IMG/VR virus record: IMGVR_UViG_3300030433_000076
Coordinates: 1-31,525 of that record
DNA length: 31,525 nucleotides
Source of the DNA: a virus
Taxonomy: Duplodnaviria; Caudoviricetes
Reading direction: 5' to 3' (one strand)
This document shows, in pieces, positions 9,493 to 19,838 of the stretch. Numbering within the stretch: the first letter of the stretch is position 1; every line of letters begins with the position of its first letter. A model generated the notes under the pieces. It had not been told where the DNA came from. It saw only the letters and a list, made by a program, of their open reading frames with translations, and searched no databases. The position numbers were made by a program, and so were the translations under genes.

Positions 9493-9812
9493 CAGAGGCA
9501 GGTGAATATTGGGTGAATGGTTCACTTGTCATAGATAAGACATCAGAAGATAATGCCGTGTTAGGTATTAAGTCAGAAAAAAAAGAAGTAGATAATAATT
9601 TTTATGTATTAGAACAAAATTGGCAAACTGTAGAAATGTTTTTACGTTGTCAAACACAATGGCGTGTAGGAATGAGTGGAATTATTGGTTTAGACTATAC
9701 ATCTGTTTTAAAAATGATTAAACTGTATAATATAGAAGATCATACTGCTATGCTAGAAAACCTACAAATTATGGAAGCATCAGTATTGAAAGCAATGAGT
9801 AAGGATAAATAA
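9489..9812 (+). CDS. Tail assembly chaperone extension (gpT-like, DUF1799-like), made as a G-T fusion
   Basis: ENW..VEMFLRCQTQWRVGMSGIIGLDY-type motif; open in the -1 frame from the slippery site. Confidence 0.8.
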   Translation, partial: LAEAGEYWVNGSLVIDKTSEDNAVLGIKSEKKEVDNNFYVLEQNWQTVEMFLRCQTQWRVGMSGIIGLDYTSVLKMIKLYNIEDHTAMLENLQIMEASVLKAMSKDK

Positions 9813-11579
9813 ATGGCAAAATTTGATTTAGTAGTAGCAGCAAAAACTGTAGGGGCAGGTTCTATAAAACGTCTAGGTAACTCTATGCAAGGAGTTGCAG
9901 GGCGTGTTAAAAATTTAAGGTTAGCAATGGGTGGCCTTAATAAAACTTTTGCAACTTTTGGATTAATTATATCTGGTGGTGCTTTTGTAGGACTTGTAAA
10001 AGGTGCAATAGATAGTGCTGATGCATTTGGAAAAATGTCAGATCAAACTGGTATTGCTGCTAATACATTACAGGCATATGTTAACGCAGGTAAATTAGCT
10101 GGTGTTAGTCAGGAAACTATAGATAAGGGACTTAGAAGATTAGCACAATCTATGAGGGAGGCAGATCAGGGTGTTGCTACTTATAAAGATAGTTTTGATG
10201 CTTTAGGAATATCTGTAAGAACTGTTGACGGACAATTTAAAACTAATCAACAAGTTTTAGGAGAAATAGCAGATAAGTTTTCACAAATGGAAAATGGTGC
10301 AACAAAAGCTGCTATTGCTATGGAAATATTTGGAAGATCAGGTGCAAGTTTAATAAATTTATTAAATGGTGGTGCGGCATCACTAGAAGAATTTAACTAT
10401 GAGGTATCAGAAAACTTTGCACAAAATGCAGAATTTTTTAATGACCAGATAGCAGTTCTTGGTATTAGATTTGATGGCTTCAGAAAACAACTTACAGATG
10501 CATTATTACCTGCATTAAATACTATTGTTGGTGTATTTAGTGAATTATTCAGTGCAGAAAATGATTTTAGTGGGTTTTTTAAGGCTATTGAAATAGGAAT
10601 TAGAGGTATATCTATTGGAATATTTGCAACTGTAAAATTAGTAGATGAAATGATAAGAATAATAGGTCAATTAGGAAAACGTGTAGCTAATTTTGTAAAT
10701 GGCGTTGTAGAAAAAATACCAAAATGGATGATTGGATTGTTAGGTGGTGCTGGTGAGGGTTTAAAAAATATAGGTGTTGGTATAAAAGATAATCTTACAT
10801 CTAATATGGAAGGACTTTTAGGAGAGGATTTTACAGCAGGTTTTACAGAAAGATTTACAGAAAGTTTTAACCAAATACAGGAATTATTTAGTGGAGAAAC
10901 AAATGCACCTGCTACATATTTTCAAAACATAAATAAAGAAGCTGGAAAAGCTGGTGAAACAATAGAAAAAAGTTTCGGTGCAACAATGAGAGAAAAATTA
11001 AATACCTTTAAAGACAGTATTAAAACAGTGGGTGAATCAATGGCAGATGTGGTTATAAAAGGTGTAAAAGGCATGGAAGATGCACTAGTTACTTTTGTTA
11101 CTACAGGTAAATTAAGTTTTAGAAGTTTAGCAAATAGCATTATTGCAGATATGGCACGTATTGCTATACAGCAAAGTATTACTAAACCACTAATGGGTTT
11201 TTTAGGTAATATGTTTGGTGGTGGTAGTGCAAAAGGTAATGTATTTAATCAACAAGGTTTAGTAGAAGGATATGCAAAAGGTGGTGTAGTAAATAAACCT
11301 ACATATTTTGCAATGGGAGGATCAGGTAAATTTGGCATTATGGGAGAAAAAGGGAGTGAGGCGATTTTACCGCTACGTAGAGGTAGTAATGGTAAATTAG
11401 GTGTCGAAGCATCTGGTGGAGGTTCTACTAATGTTGTTGTTAATGTTGATGCATCAGGTTCAAATGTAGAGGGTGATGAAGCTAGTGGTAGGCAATTAGG
11501 TCAACTTATAGCAAGTGCGGTACAAGGTGAAATATTAAAACAACAAAGACCTGGTGGATTATTAGCAGGTACAGCATAA
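9813..11579 (+). CDS. Tail tape measure protein
   Basis: 588 aa helical, Ala/Gly-rich; C-terminal YAKGGVV...MGEKGSEAILPL...QQRPGGLL. Confidence 0.92.
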   Translation: MAKFDLVVAAKTVGAGSIKRLGNSMQGVAGRVKNLRLAMGGLNKTFATFGLIISGGAFVGLVKGAIDSADAFGKMSDQTGIAANTLQAYVNAGKLAGVSQETIDKGLRRLAQSMREADQGVATYKDSFDALGISVRTVDGQFKTNQQVLGEIADKFSQMENGATKAAIAMEIFGRSGASLINLLNGGAASLEEFNYEVSENFAQNAEFFNDQIAVLGIRFDGFRKQLTDALLPALNTIVGVFSELFSAENDFSGFFKAIEIGIRGISIGIFATVKLVDEMIRIIGQLGKRVANFVNGVVEKIPKWMIGLLGGAGEGLKNIGVGIKDNLTSNMEGLLGEDFTAGFTERFTESFNQIQELFSGETNAPATYFQNINKEAGKAGETIEKSFGATMREKLNTFKDSIKTVGESMADVVIKGVKGMEDALVTFVTTGKLSFRSLANSIIADMARIAIQQSITKPLMGFLGNMFGGGSAKGNVFNQQGLVEGYAKGGVVNKPTYFAMGGSGKFGIMGEKGSEAILPLRRGSNGKLGVEASGGGSTNVVVNVDASGSNVEGDEASGRQLGQLIASAVQGEILKQQRPGGLLAGTA

Positions 11580-11923
11580 TGGCAACTTTTCCAGCAACAC
11601 CAGAACCTTCATATCCAGCATCAAAAGCTAGTAACCCTAATGTTCGTCTTACACAGTTTGGTGATGGCTACCAACAGCGTACAACTTTTGGTCTAAATCA
11701 AAATGCAAAGACATGGACATTTAATTGGAAAAATATAACTGAAGCAGAATCAGATGTTTTTGAAACATTTTTAGATGCGAGGGCAGGGGTAGAAAGTTTC
11801 GATTACACACCACCAGGTGAATCAGTAGCATCTAAATATATTTGTAGAAGTTGGAATAAAACACTTAATGTTCCAAACAGAGCAAACCTTACTGCAACTT
11901 TTATTGAGGTATACGAACCATAA
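11579..11923 (+). CDS. Distal tail protein (lambda gpM-like)
   Basis: QFGDGYQQR..GLN, FLDARAGVESFDYTPP, LTATFIEV motifs. Confidence 0.9.
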   Translation: MATFPATPEPSYPASKASNPNVRLTQFGDGYQQRTTFGLNQNAKTWTFNWKNITEAESDVFETFLDARAGVESFDYTPPGESVASKYICRSWNKTLNVPNRANLTATFIEVYEP

Positions 11924-12498
11924 TGTCTATACCTGTATCTGAACTACAATCAATAAACCCTACTTCAATTATTGAACTTTTTACTATTGAACTAAATACA
12001 GCATTACATGGTTCTAATACTATATATCGTTTCCATAATGGTGCAAATATGAACGCTAATGGACAAGTCGTTTGGGCTGGTAATTCTTATCTTAGATTTC
12101 CTATTGAATGTAGTGGTTTTGAATTTGGATCATCTGGTACATTACCTAGACCAACAATAACAATAAGTAATATTCTTGGTACTATTACTGCAATACTACA
12201 AGACGTTAATACAACTACAGCAGGTAATGATTTAAATGGTGCAAAATTTACAAGGATAAGAACCCTTGCACAATTTTTAGATGCTGTTAATTTTACAGGT
12301 AACACAAACCCATATGGTACACCTGATCCTACAGCAGAATTTCCAAAAGAGATATATTTTTTAGATAGAAAAGTAACTGAAAATAGAGATATTGTTACAT
12401 GGGAAGCACAAAGTGCATTAGATCTAATAAATGTAAAATTACCAAAAAGAATTGCAACAAGAGCTATTTTTCCTGGTATTGGTGCTTTTACAGGATGA
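11923..12498 (+). CDS. Tail tip protein (lambda gpL-like), C-terminally shortened
   Basis: IELF, VWAGNSYLRFPIECSGFE, LPRPTITISN, RIRTLAQFLDAVNF, PDPTAEFP motifs. Confidence 0.9.
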   Translation: MSIPVSELQSINPTSIIELFTIELNTALHGSNTIYRFHNGANMNANGQVVWAGNSYLRFPIECSGFEFGSSGTLPRPTITISNILGTITAILQDVNTTTAGNDLNGAKFTRIRTLAQFLDAVNFTGNTNPYGTPDPTAEFPKEIYFLDRKVTENRDIVTWEAQSALDLINVKLPKRIATRAIFPGIGAFTG

Positions 12499-13199
12499 CT
12501 TGGAAATATAAAGCACTTGAACACGCAAAAAAAGATGCACCACATGAGGCGTGTGGTTTACTAGCTATATATAAAGGCAAAGAAAAATATTATGCTTGTA
12601 ATAACATTGCCAAAGATTTATCAGATCAATTTATTATTGACCCTGATGATTGGATAAACGTAGAAGATGAAGCAGAAATTGTTGCAGTTGTACATTCACA
12701 TCCGAATCATCCGCCTACTGCAAGTGATGCTGATTTAGCTAGTTGTGAATATTTAGATTTACCTTTTTATATAGTTACACCAGAAACAGGAAATTGGTCA
12801 TATTATGAGCCAACAGGATATAAAAAAGGATTAATTGGTAGAGAATGGGTATGGAAAGTGCAAGATTGTTGGAGTCTAATAGAAGATTGGTATAAAGAGA
12901 TAAAAGGTGTAGAACTTAGACATTGGGAGAGGCCAAAAACACCAGAAGATTTTAGTAAAAAACCATTATTTGAATATGGTTTACCATTAACAGGTTTTGT
13001 AGAATTAGAAAATACAGTAGATTTAGAAAAAGGTGATGTTTTATTAATGGATACAACTAATACAGGTATACTTGATCATGTTGCTTTATATATAGGTGAG
13101 CAAACTATACTTCATCATTGTGTGAAAAGACTTAGTTGTAGAGAAATTTTCGATCAAAAATATATACAATATACAAAGAAGGCTTATCGTTATGCTTAG
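12495..13199 (+). CDS. Tail assembly protein K (JAB/MPN plus NlpC/P60)
   Basis: PHEACG, HSHP...SDAD JAB motif; QDCWSL and DHVALY NlpC/P60 residues; ATGA overlap at 12495 preferred over 12399. Confidence 0.92.
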   Translation: MTWKYKALEHAKKDAPHEACGLLAIYKGKEKYYACNNIAKDLSDQFIIDPDDWINVEDEAEIVAVVHSHPNHPPTASDADLASCEYLDLPFYIVTPETGNWSYYEPTGYKKGLIGREWVWKVQDCWSLIEDWYKEIKGVELRHWERPKTPEDFSKKPLFEYGLPLTGFVELENTVDLEKGDVLLMDTTNTGILDHVALYIGEQTILHHCVKRLSCREIFDQKYIQYTKKAYRYA

Positions 13200-13770
13200 T
13201 AAAATTAAAGTATATGGAAGATTAGCTCGTTTTTTAGGACAACGTAGTTTTGATGCTGAAATAAAATCTCCATTAGATGCTTTTAAATTTTTATGTGCAA
13301 ATTACCCTAAATTAGAAGCACATATAGCAAAACAAAACTATTGCATAAAAGTAGGAAATTATACTATAGATGAAAATGAAATAGAAATACCTAGTGGTAG
13401 TCAACAGATAAAAATAGTACCTGTTGTTAGTGGTGCAAGTGGATTTAATAAACTAATTGCTGGTATAGCTATTGTTGGTTTAGTCGTAGCTACAGGTGGT
13501 GTTGGTGCTATTGGTTTAGCAGGTGGTACTGGTCTTTTAGGTTTTGCTGGTAATGTTGGTATATTTCTTGCATTAAGTGGTGTCTCTGAAATGATAAGTC
13601 CAACGCCAAAACCACCAGGTGTATCTGATGATCCACAACAACGCAATTTTTCATTTAGTGGAGTACAAAATACAAGCAGGGCAGGTATACCTATACCAGT
13701 TGTATATGGAGAAATATTTACTGGTTCAATAGTAGTATCTGCTGGTATAGATACAGAGGACATTTTATAG
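13192..13770 (+). CDS. Tail assembly protein I (ubiquitin-like N-terminus)
   Basis: IKVYGRLARFLG, IKIVPVVSGA, Gly-rich hydrophobic middle, FSFSGVQNTSRAGIPIPVVYGE. Confidence 0.92.
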   Translation: MLSKIKVYGRLARFLGQRSFDAEIKSPLDAFKFLCANYPKLEAHIAKQNYCIKVGNYTIDENEIEIPSGSQQIKIVPVVSGASGFNKLIAGIAIVGLVVATGGVGAIGLAGGTGLLGFAGNVGIFLALSGVSEMISPTPKPPGVSDDPQQRNFSFSGVQNTSRAGIPIPVVYGEIFTGSIVVSAGIDTEDIL

Positions 13771-13779
13771 GAGGTAATT

Positions 13780-16700
13780 ATGTTAGGTTTTGGTGGTGGT
13801 ACTTTCTTTGCTGATACCGATAGTATGGATCCTGATGCTCTCGGTGGGGGATTAAGTGGTTTATTAGGGGCATTAAGAAATAGGGATGCTGTAGAAAGTA
13901 AACAGGCAGTAAATATTATAGAGGTTATTTCAGAAGGTGAAATAGAAGGTTTCCCATCAGCAGCAGGTCTAACAAAAGGTACTGATGCTTATAATAAAGC
14001 TGCACTTAAAGATGTGTATTTAGGGAAAACACCGATAATAAAAGCAAGTGCAAATCCTAATAATATATTAGATTCTGATTTTAATTTTCAGAGAATAAGA
14101 TTCGAACCACGATTTGGTACAACAAATCAAACATTTATACAGGCTATTAGTGAAATTGAAACTGAAGAATCAGTAGGCGTAGCTATTACAAATGCACAAT
14201 CAGCAACAAGAACAATAACGCAATCTGATATAGATGCTATAAGAATAACAATACGCTTTGATTCACTAATAAATATAAATGAAGCTGATGGACAAAATTT
14301 AGGTAATACGGCTGCAATATTTATAGTTATTACAGAAAATGATGGTACAACAACTACATATAATGAAACTACAAATCCAGAATTACGTACTAGAGGTAAA
14401 TCAAGAAACGCATATAGCAGAGATTATAAAATTAATCTAAGAGAAAATACATCATTTCCTATACAACTTACAGTAGGTAGATCTTCTCCTGATAACAGCA
14501 CAACGAGCAGAACTAATACATTTTCATGGACTTCTTTTACAAAAATAATTGATGAACAAAGGCCATATCCTGACATAGCACATCTTTATTTACGTTTTGA
14601 TGCACAGCAATTTCCACGTATACCAAGAAGGATGTATAAAATTCGTGGTGTAAAAATTAAAATACCTCATAATGCAACTGTAGATCAAACAAATGGAAGA
14701 TTAATATATACAGGTACTTTTAATGGAACTCTTACTACAACAAAACACTGGACAAGTGACCCAGCATTTGTACTTTTTAATTTACTTACAGAAACACGTT
14801 TTGGATTAGGCGATCATATAACAGAATCACAATTAGATAAATTTGCTTTTTATAGTGCTTCTGTATATTGTTCTGAACTTGTTGATGATGGTAATGGTGG
14901 ACAAGAACCACGCTTTTCAGTAAATACAGTTTTACAAAAAAGGGAGGATGCATATCAAACCATAATGGCCTTAAGTTCTGTTATGAGAGGTATGTCTTTT
15001 TGGGGTGCTGGTTCACTTACTATTACACAAGATAGACCTACAGACCCTTCATACTTATTTAACTTATCTAATGTAACTAGTGATGGTTTTGTTTACTCTG
15101 GATCAAGTCTAAAAACTAGGGCAAATGTTGTATCTGTATCATATTTTGATATGGAGAATCAAGAATTAAATTTTGAAACTGTAGAAGATACAAATGCAAA
15201 AAATAAATATGGTGTTATACAAAAAAAAGTAACTGGTTTTGGTTGTAGTTCAAGAAATCAAGCGAGAAGATTAGGTAGATTTATATTATTCGAAGAACAA
15301 AATTCTACTGAAACTATAAATTTTGCTACTGGAATTGCAGAAGGTGTAATTGTAAGACCAGGACAAGTTATAGAAGTAAGTGATCCTGTTAGAGCAGGTT
15401 TAAGAAGAGGTGGCCGTATTAGTTCTGCAACAACCACAACTGTTACTGTTGATAATACTTCTAGCACAGATTTAGATGCTACAAATAACCCAACACTAAG
15501 TGTTGTAATGCCTAACGGAAGTGTGGAAACTAAAGATGTAAGTAGTATTAGTAATGCTGTTATAACAGTATCATCTGCATTTTCAACAACACCTAATGCA
15601 AATAGTATTTGGATTCTGCAAAATAATACCCTACAAACTACACAATGGCGTGTAGTTAGTGTATCTGAAGAAAAGGATATTTATAAAATAACAGCAACAT
15701 CTTACAACTCAGGAAAGTTTGCATTTATTGAAGATGGTTCAGCTTTGCCTGTACGTAAAATAACGGTATTAAATGAGTTAGTAGATGCACCTTCTAACCC
15801 AAATGTGCAAGAAGAATTTTTTGTTGATGGAACAACAGCTAGAACTAGGTTAAATATTTCATATAATGCAGTACCTAAAGCTATTGGTTATGAATTGCAA
15901 TATAGAAAAGATGATGGAAATTTTACTACAGTAAGAACTGTAAATACTGAAGTTAGTTTATCTGATTCACTTAAGGGTATATATGATTTTAGATTATTTA
16001 GTATTAATGCTGCATTAGAACCATCAGCAGAACCACAAACATTTACATTTACTGCTTTAGGAAAAACTGCATTACCTGCTGATGTTACTGGATTAACAGC
16101 AGAACCTATTAGTGATAAGTTAGTTAGATTACGTTGGAATTTATCTACAGATTTAGATGTTACGCATGGTGGTCGCGTTTATGTAAGACATACTACAAAA
16201 ACTGATGGAACTGGTACTTTTTCAAATGCTACTGATCTTATCGAGGCACTTGCAGGTAATACAACAACTGCTGAAGTTCCTTACTTAGAAGGTGAATATA
16301 TACTTAAATTTCAAGATGATGGCGGTAGATTTAGTGCTGGAGAAGCAAGTGTTGTAATAGATTTACCTGATAATCTTGCACCTTTGATAGCTTTAACAAG
16401 AAGAGAAGATTTAGATGTTCCTAAATTTCAAGGAACAAAAACTAATGTAGCATTTGATCCATCAACAAATTCTTTAAATTTAACTGGTACTGGTTTATTT
16501 GATGCTATTACAAATTTTGACCTTGAAAGTTCTATAGATGATTTAGGAAGTATAGCACCATTAGGTACATATGAATTTGGAGGTGCAGCTGGAACATCTT
16601 TCTTAGATTTAGGTGGTGTTTTTAGTCTTGATATAAAAAGACATTTTTTAACAGAAGCGTTTTACCCATCAGATCAATTTGATTCAATTTCAGATATAGA

Positions 16701-17208
16701 TGCAAGAGTAGATTTTGATGGACTTACAGCTACTAAAGTAAATGCTGAAATGTTAGTTGCAGTTACTCAGGACAACCCATCATCTGGTTCACCTACATAT
16801 ACAGCGTTTCAAACATTTGCAAATGGTACTTATAAAGGTAGAGGATTTAAATTTAAAGTGAATCTAACGAGTAATGACCCTGATCAAGATATAAAAGTAT
16901 CTCAGTTAGGTTATACAGCCTCATTCCAAAGAAGAACTGAACAAAGCACAACATCTATTGCATCTGGTGCTGGTGCAAAAGCTGTAACATTTACAAATCC
17001 ATTTTTTACAGGCACATCTGCGATAGGAGGCAGTATTTCGGCTTATCCACCAAGTATTGGTATAACTGCACAAAATATGGCAAGTGGCGATTATTTTGAA
17101 TTATCTAATATCAGTGGTACAGGGTTTACTGTACATTTCAAGGATTCATCAAATGCTTCGATTGATAGAAATTTCACTTATCAGGCTGTCGGATTTGGCA
17201 AGGGATGA
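13780..17208 (+). CDS. Central tail tip / host-specificity protein (gpJ-like)
   Basis: 1142 aa; IEVISEGEIEG, WTSDPAFVL, EPRFSVN, GCSSRNQARRLG, VRPGQVIEVSDP; FN3-like C-terminal repeats. Confidence 0.92.
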   Translation: MLGFGGGTFFADTDSMDPDALGGGLSGLLGALRNRDAVESKQAVNIIEVISEGEIEGFPSAAGLTKGTDAYNKAALKDVYLGKTPIIKASANPNNILDSDFNFQRIRFEPRFGTTNQTFIQAISEIETEESVGVAITNAQSATRTITQSDIDAIRITIRFDSLININEADGQNLGNTAAIFIVITENDGTTTTYNETTNPELRTRGKSRNAYSRDYKINLRENTSFPIQLTVGRSSPDNSTTSRTNTFSWTSFTKIIDEQRPYPDIAHLYLRFDAQQFPRIPRRMYKIRGVKIKIPHNATVDQTNGRLIYTGTFNGTLTTTKHWTSDPAFVLFNLLTETRFGLGDHITESQLDKFAFYSASVYCSELVDDGNGGQEPRFSVNTVLQKREDAYQTIMALSSVMRGMSFWGAGSLTITQDRPTDPSYLFNLSNVTSDGFVYSGSSLKTRANVVSVSYFDMENQELNFETVEDTNAKNKYGVIQKKVTGFGCSSRNQARRLGRFILFEEQNSTETINFATGIAEGVIVRPGQVIEVSDPVRAGLRRGGRISSATTTTVTVDNTSSTDLDATNNPTLSVVMPNGSVETKDVSSISNAVITVSSAFSTTPNANSIWILQNNTLQTTQWRVVSVSEEKDIYKITATSYNSGKFAFIEDGSALPVRKITVLNELVDAPSNPNVQEEFFVDGTTARTRLNISYNAVPKAIGYELQYRKDDGNFTTVRTVNTEVSLSDSLKGIYDFRLFSINAALEPSAEPQTFTFTALGKTALPADVTGLTAEPISDKLVRLRWNLSTDLDVTHGGRVYVRHTTKTDGTGTFSNATDLIEALAGNTTTAEVPYLEGEYILKFQDDGGRFSAGEASVVIDLPDNLAPLIALTRREDLDVPKFQGTKTNVAFDPSTNSLNLTGTGLFDAITNFDLESSIDDLGSIAPLGTYEFGGAAGTSFLDLGGVFSLDIKRHFLTEAFYPSDQFDSISDIDARVDFDGLTATKVNAEMLVAVTQDNPSSGSPTYTAFQTFANGTYKGRGFKFKVNLTSNDPDQDIKVSQLGYTASFQRRTEQSTTSIASGAGAKAVTFTNPFFTGTSAIGGSISAYPPSIGITAQNMASGDYFELSNISGTGFTVHFKDSSNASIDRNFTYQAVGFGKG

Positions 17209-17233
17209 TAAAATAAAATAAAATATTACATAA

Positions 17234-17863
17234 ATGGCAAGAGTTAATAGTACAACTAAAGAAACGGGTAATAATTTTAATGTAGCAAATGGAACTGGTG
17301 CTGCGGTACGTGCAGGTATAAATGATATTCTTACAGCATTAAGAACAATAAATAGTGCTAGTGGAGATCCTTCTGGTGATGCAAATGTGGTTCAGTTTCA
17401 GCCACATATAGATTCATCAACTAATTTATTAAAAATATGTACATCTGTATCATCTGGAACAGGTACGTTTACAACTATAGGAAATATTACACAAGCAAAT
17501 TTAGGTCTAGCACCAGTTGCAGGGGCAACATTTACTGGAAAAGTAACTCATAATTATACATCTAGCCTAACTATTCCATCTGGTACAACTGCACAACGTG
17601 ATGGTAGCCCTGCGGTTGGTATGTTTAGACATAACAGCACCTTAAACCAGTTTGAAGGATACAATAATGGTGCATGGGGTGCGATTGGCGGAGGTGCAGG
17701 TGCTACTGGTGGCGGTACTGATGAAGTGTTTTTTGAATCGGATCAAGCAGTTACAACTTCTTACACTTTGTCATCTGGAAAACACGCACACACAGTTAGC
17801 CCTACAATAAATTCAGGTGTAACTGTAACTGTGCCATCTGGTGCAATCCTTGTTATTCTTTAA
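17234..17863 (+). CDS. Tail fibre-like protein
   Basis: Follows gpJ; IPSGTTAQR...GMFRHNSTLNQFEGY and GGGAGATGGG motifs typical of marine phage fibres. Confidence 0.7.
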   Translation: MARVNSTTKETGNNFNVANGTGAAVRAGINDILTALRTINSASGDPSGDANVVQFQPHIDSSTNLLKICTSVSSGTGTFTTIGNITQANLGLAPVAGATFTGKVTHNYTSSLTIPSGTTAQRDGSPAVGMFRHNSTLNQFEGYNNGAWGAIGGGAGATGGGTDEVFFESDQAVTTSYTLSSGKHAHTVSPTINSGVTVTVPSGAILVIL

Positions 17864-17865
17864 TT

Positions 17866-18549
17866 ATGGCTTTAAACATTAACGGCACTACTGGTATTTC
17901 TGGGGTTGATGGAAGTGCAAGTAACCCTTCAATTCAAGGGACAGATGCAAATACTGGTGTTGCTTTTGGGGCAGATATACTTGATTTAGTCACTGGTGGA
18001 AATACTAGATTCAAAGTAGGTGCTGCTGGTCAATTTGGTGTAGCTGGTGCAAATTATGGCACTTCTGGTCAAGCTCTATTATCTCAAGGTGCGAGTGCAG
18101 CACCACAATGGGGTGATTTAGCTGCTGGTGGAAAAATTTTACAAGTAAAACAAACAACAAAATCGAATACTTTTGAAACAAATTCTTCAACCTATGTTGA
18201 TATTCCAGATTTAAGTGTAAGCATCACACCTGCAAGTACCAACAATAAAATATTATTTATTTCTTCAGTAAATTTTGGTGCTAACCAAACAGGACAGCAT
18301 AACTTTTATCAAGTAAAAAGAGACAGCACTACAATTTCTTCAACTGCTCAATCTATAAGAAGTTCTGATACATCAGTAGTTCACAGTTATACATCAATAA
18401 TATTAGATTCGCCAAGTAGTACATCTGCTTTAACTTATAAAATTCAAGTGAAACCAGAAAATACTAATAGTGCTGTTGGTGTAAATAGAAATATAGGTAA
18501 CACTCTTTATGGATTTTCTACAATTTTATGTCTGGAGGTTTCAGCATGA
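17866..18549 (+). CDS. Short fibre-like protein, paralog A1
   Basis: GTSGQALLSQG...GGKILQV...SITPASTNNKIL...LDSPSSTSALTYKIQ. Confidence 0.65.
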   Translation: MALNINGTTGISGVDGSASNPSIQGTDANTGVAFGADILDLVTGGNTRFKVGAAGQFGVAGANYGTSGQALLSQGASAAPQWGDLAAGGKILQVKQTTKSNTFETNSSTYVDIPDLSVSITPASTNNKILFISSVNFGANQTGQHNFYQVKRDSTTISSTAQSIRSSDTSVVHSYTSIILDSPSSTSALTYKIQVKPENTNSAVGVNRNIGNTLYGFSTILCLEVSA

Positions 18550-18869
18550 TGGATTTTGAAGCAATAAGAAAAGCATACCCATCTATTCGTACTTTAGATG
18601 ATTCATTTGTTAATTATGGTCTAGATGATAGTGGTAATAAAGTTTCTATAGTGCAATCAAAGGTGGATACTGCACGAACTACATTAGATTCTGAAGCACT
18701 TGCGGTAAAGTATAAAACCGATAGAACAACTGATGGTTCAACAACATACGCTTCTTTTGGAGATCAACTTGATATGTTGTACAAGGATATTCTCGCTGGT
18801 AAACTAGATACAACTGGAACGTGGGCAACTCACATCAAAGCTGTAAAAGACGCTAATCCTAAACCATGA
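18546..18869 (+). CDS. Fibre partner / chaperone-like protein, paralog B1
   Basis: AIRKAYP, YASFGDQLDMLY, IKAVKDANPKP; ATGA overlap start. Confidence 0.6.
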   Translation: MMDFEAIRKAYPSIRTLDDSFVNYGLDDSGNKVSIVQSKVDTARTTLDSEALAVKYKTDRTTDGSTTYASFGDQLDMLYKDILAGKLDTTGTWATHIKAVKDANPKP

Positions 18870-19519
18870 GCAAGATAAAACTAAATGCAGCATCAGGAGG
18901 TGGATCAGTAAGCCTCGAAGCACCAACATCTACAACAGGTAACGCAAACGTTGAATTTAAATTACCAGTAGCTGATGGTTCTAGTGGTCAAGCCTTAACC
19001 ACAAATGCTAGTGGTCAACTGGCTTTTGCTTCTGTTGCTGGAGGGAAAATAGGTCAGGTTTTATCAACAGCGAAAACTGACACCTTTAGTCGTAATGGCA
19101 GTTCCTATGGTGATGTTACTGGAATTAGTGTAGATATTACCCCTGCTGCAACTACGAGCAAAGTTCTTGTTTTGGTTGATTTGAAAGTAGGTTGTGAACA
19201 CGGAGACGGAGATTTTCATTTTAGACTTGTAAGAGGCAGTACTGTTATTTATGCAGGGGATACTGCTGGTAACAGAAAACATGGATTTGCTGGAAAATCT
19301 AAATTTGCTCTTGATGATGCAGATGGTAATCAAGCAATGGAAGTAGTAAATGCTATTTTTTTAGATTCACCAAGCACAACTTCTGCAACTACTTATAAAG
19401 TACAAGTAGCAAATGTAACTGGTCGTTTGATGTACATTAATAGAACAGGTCAAGATAGTGACGCAGTTAATATTCCGAGAACAGCATCTTCAATAACAGT
19501 TATGGAGGTATTAGCATAA
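18866..19519 (+). CDS. Short fibre-like protein, paralog A2
   Basis: LPVADGSSGQALTT...GGKIGQV...DITPAATTSKVL...LDSPSTTSATTYKVQ, same scaffold as 17866-18549. Confidence 0.65.
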   Translation: MSKIKLNAASGGGSVSLEAPTSTTGNANVEFKLPVADGSSGQALTTNASGQLAFASVAGGKIGQVLSTAKTDTFSRNGSSYGDVTGISVDITPAATTSKVLVLVDLKVGCEHGDGDFHFRLVRGSTVIYAGDTAGNRKHGFAGKSKFALDDADGNQAMEVVNAIFLDSPSTTSATTYKVQVANVTGRLMYINRTGQDSDAVNIPRTASSITVMEVLA

Positions 19520-19836
19520 TGGCAACTTTAGATCATGATGCAATAAGGAAAGCATATCCATTAATTGCAACTTTAGATGATTCATTTGTTGATTATGGAC
19601 TAGACAAAGATGATAATAAAATATCTATAGAACAATCTAAAGTAGATGCAGCACGGACTGAAATAGATACTGAGGCTGCAAAAATAGCCTATCAATCTGT
19701 TAGACAACCTTTATATCCCAGTTTAGGAGATTTTGCAGACGCTATGTACTGGAATAGTAAGGGAGATTCTAGTAAACTGACAGCATATTACGCGGCCTGT
19801 GAAAAGGTAAAAACTGACAACCCAAAACCTAGTTAA
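19519..19836 (+). CDS. Fibre partner / chaperone-like protein, paralog B2
   Basis: AIRKAYP..TLDDSFV.YGLD shared with B1; ends VKTDNPKP. Confidence 0.6.
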   Translation: MATLDHDAIRKAYPLIATLDDSFVDYGLDKDDNKISIEQSKVDAARTEIDTEAAKIAYQSVRQPLYPSLGDFADAMYWNSKGDSSKLTAYYAACEKVKTDNPKPS

Positions 19837-19838
19837 TT

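Noticed and set aside
50-19333. Minus-strand ORFs in the track overlapping structural genes (e.g. 5449-5994, 12087-12545, 13401-13763)
   Set aside because: Antisense shadows of well-supported genes with no recognisable motifs
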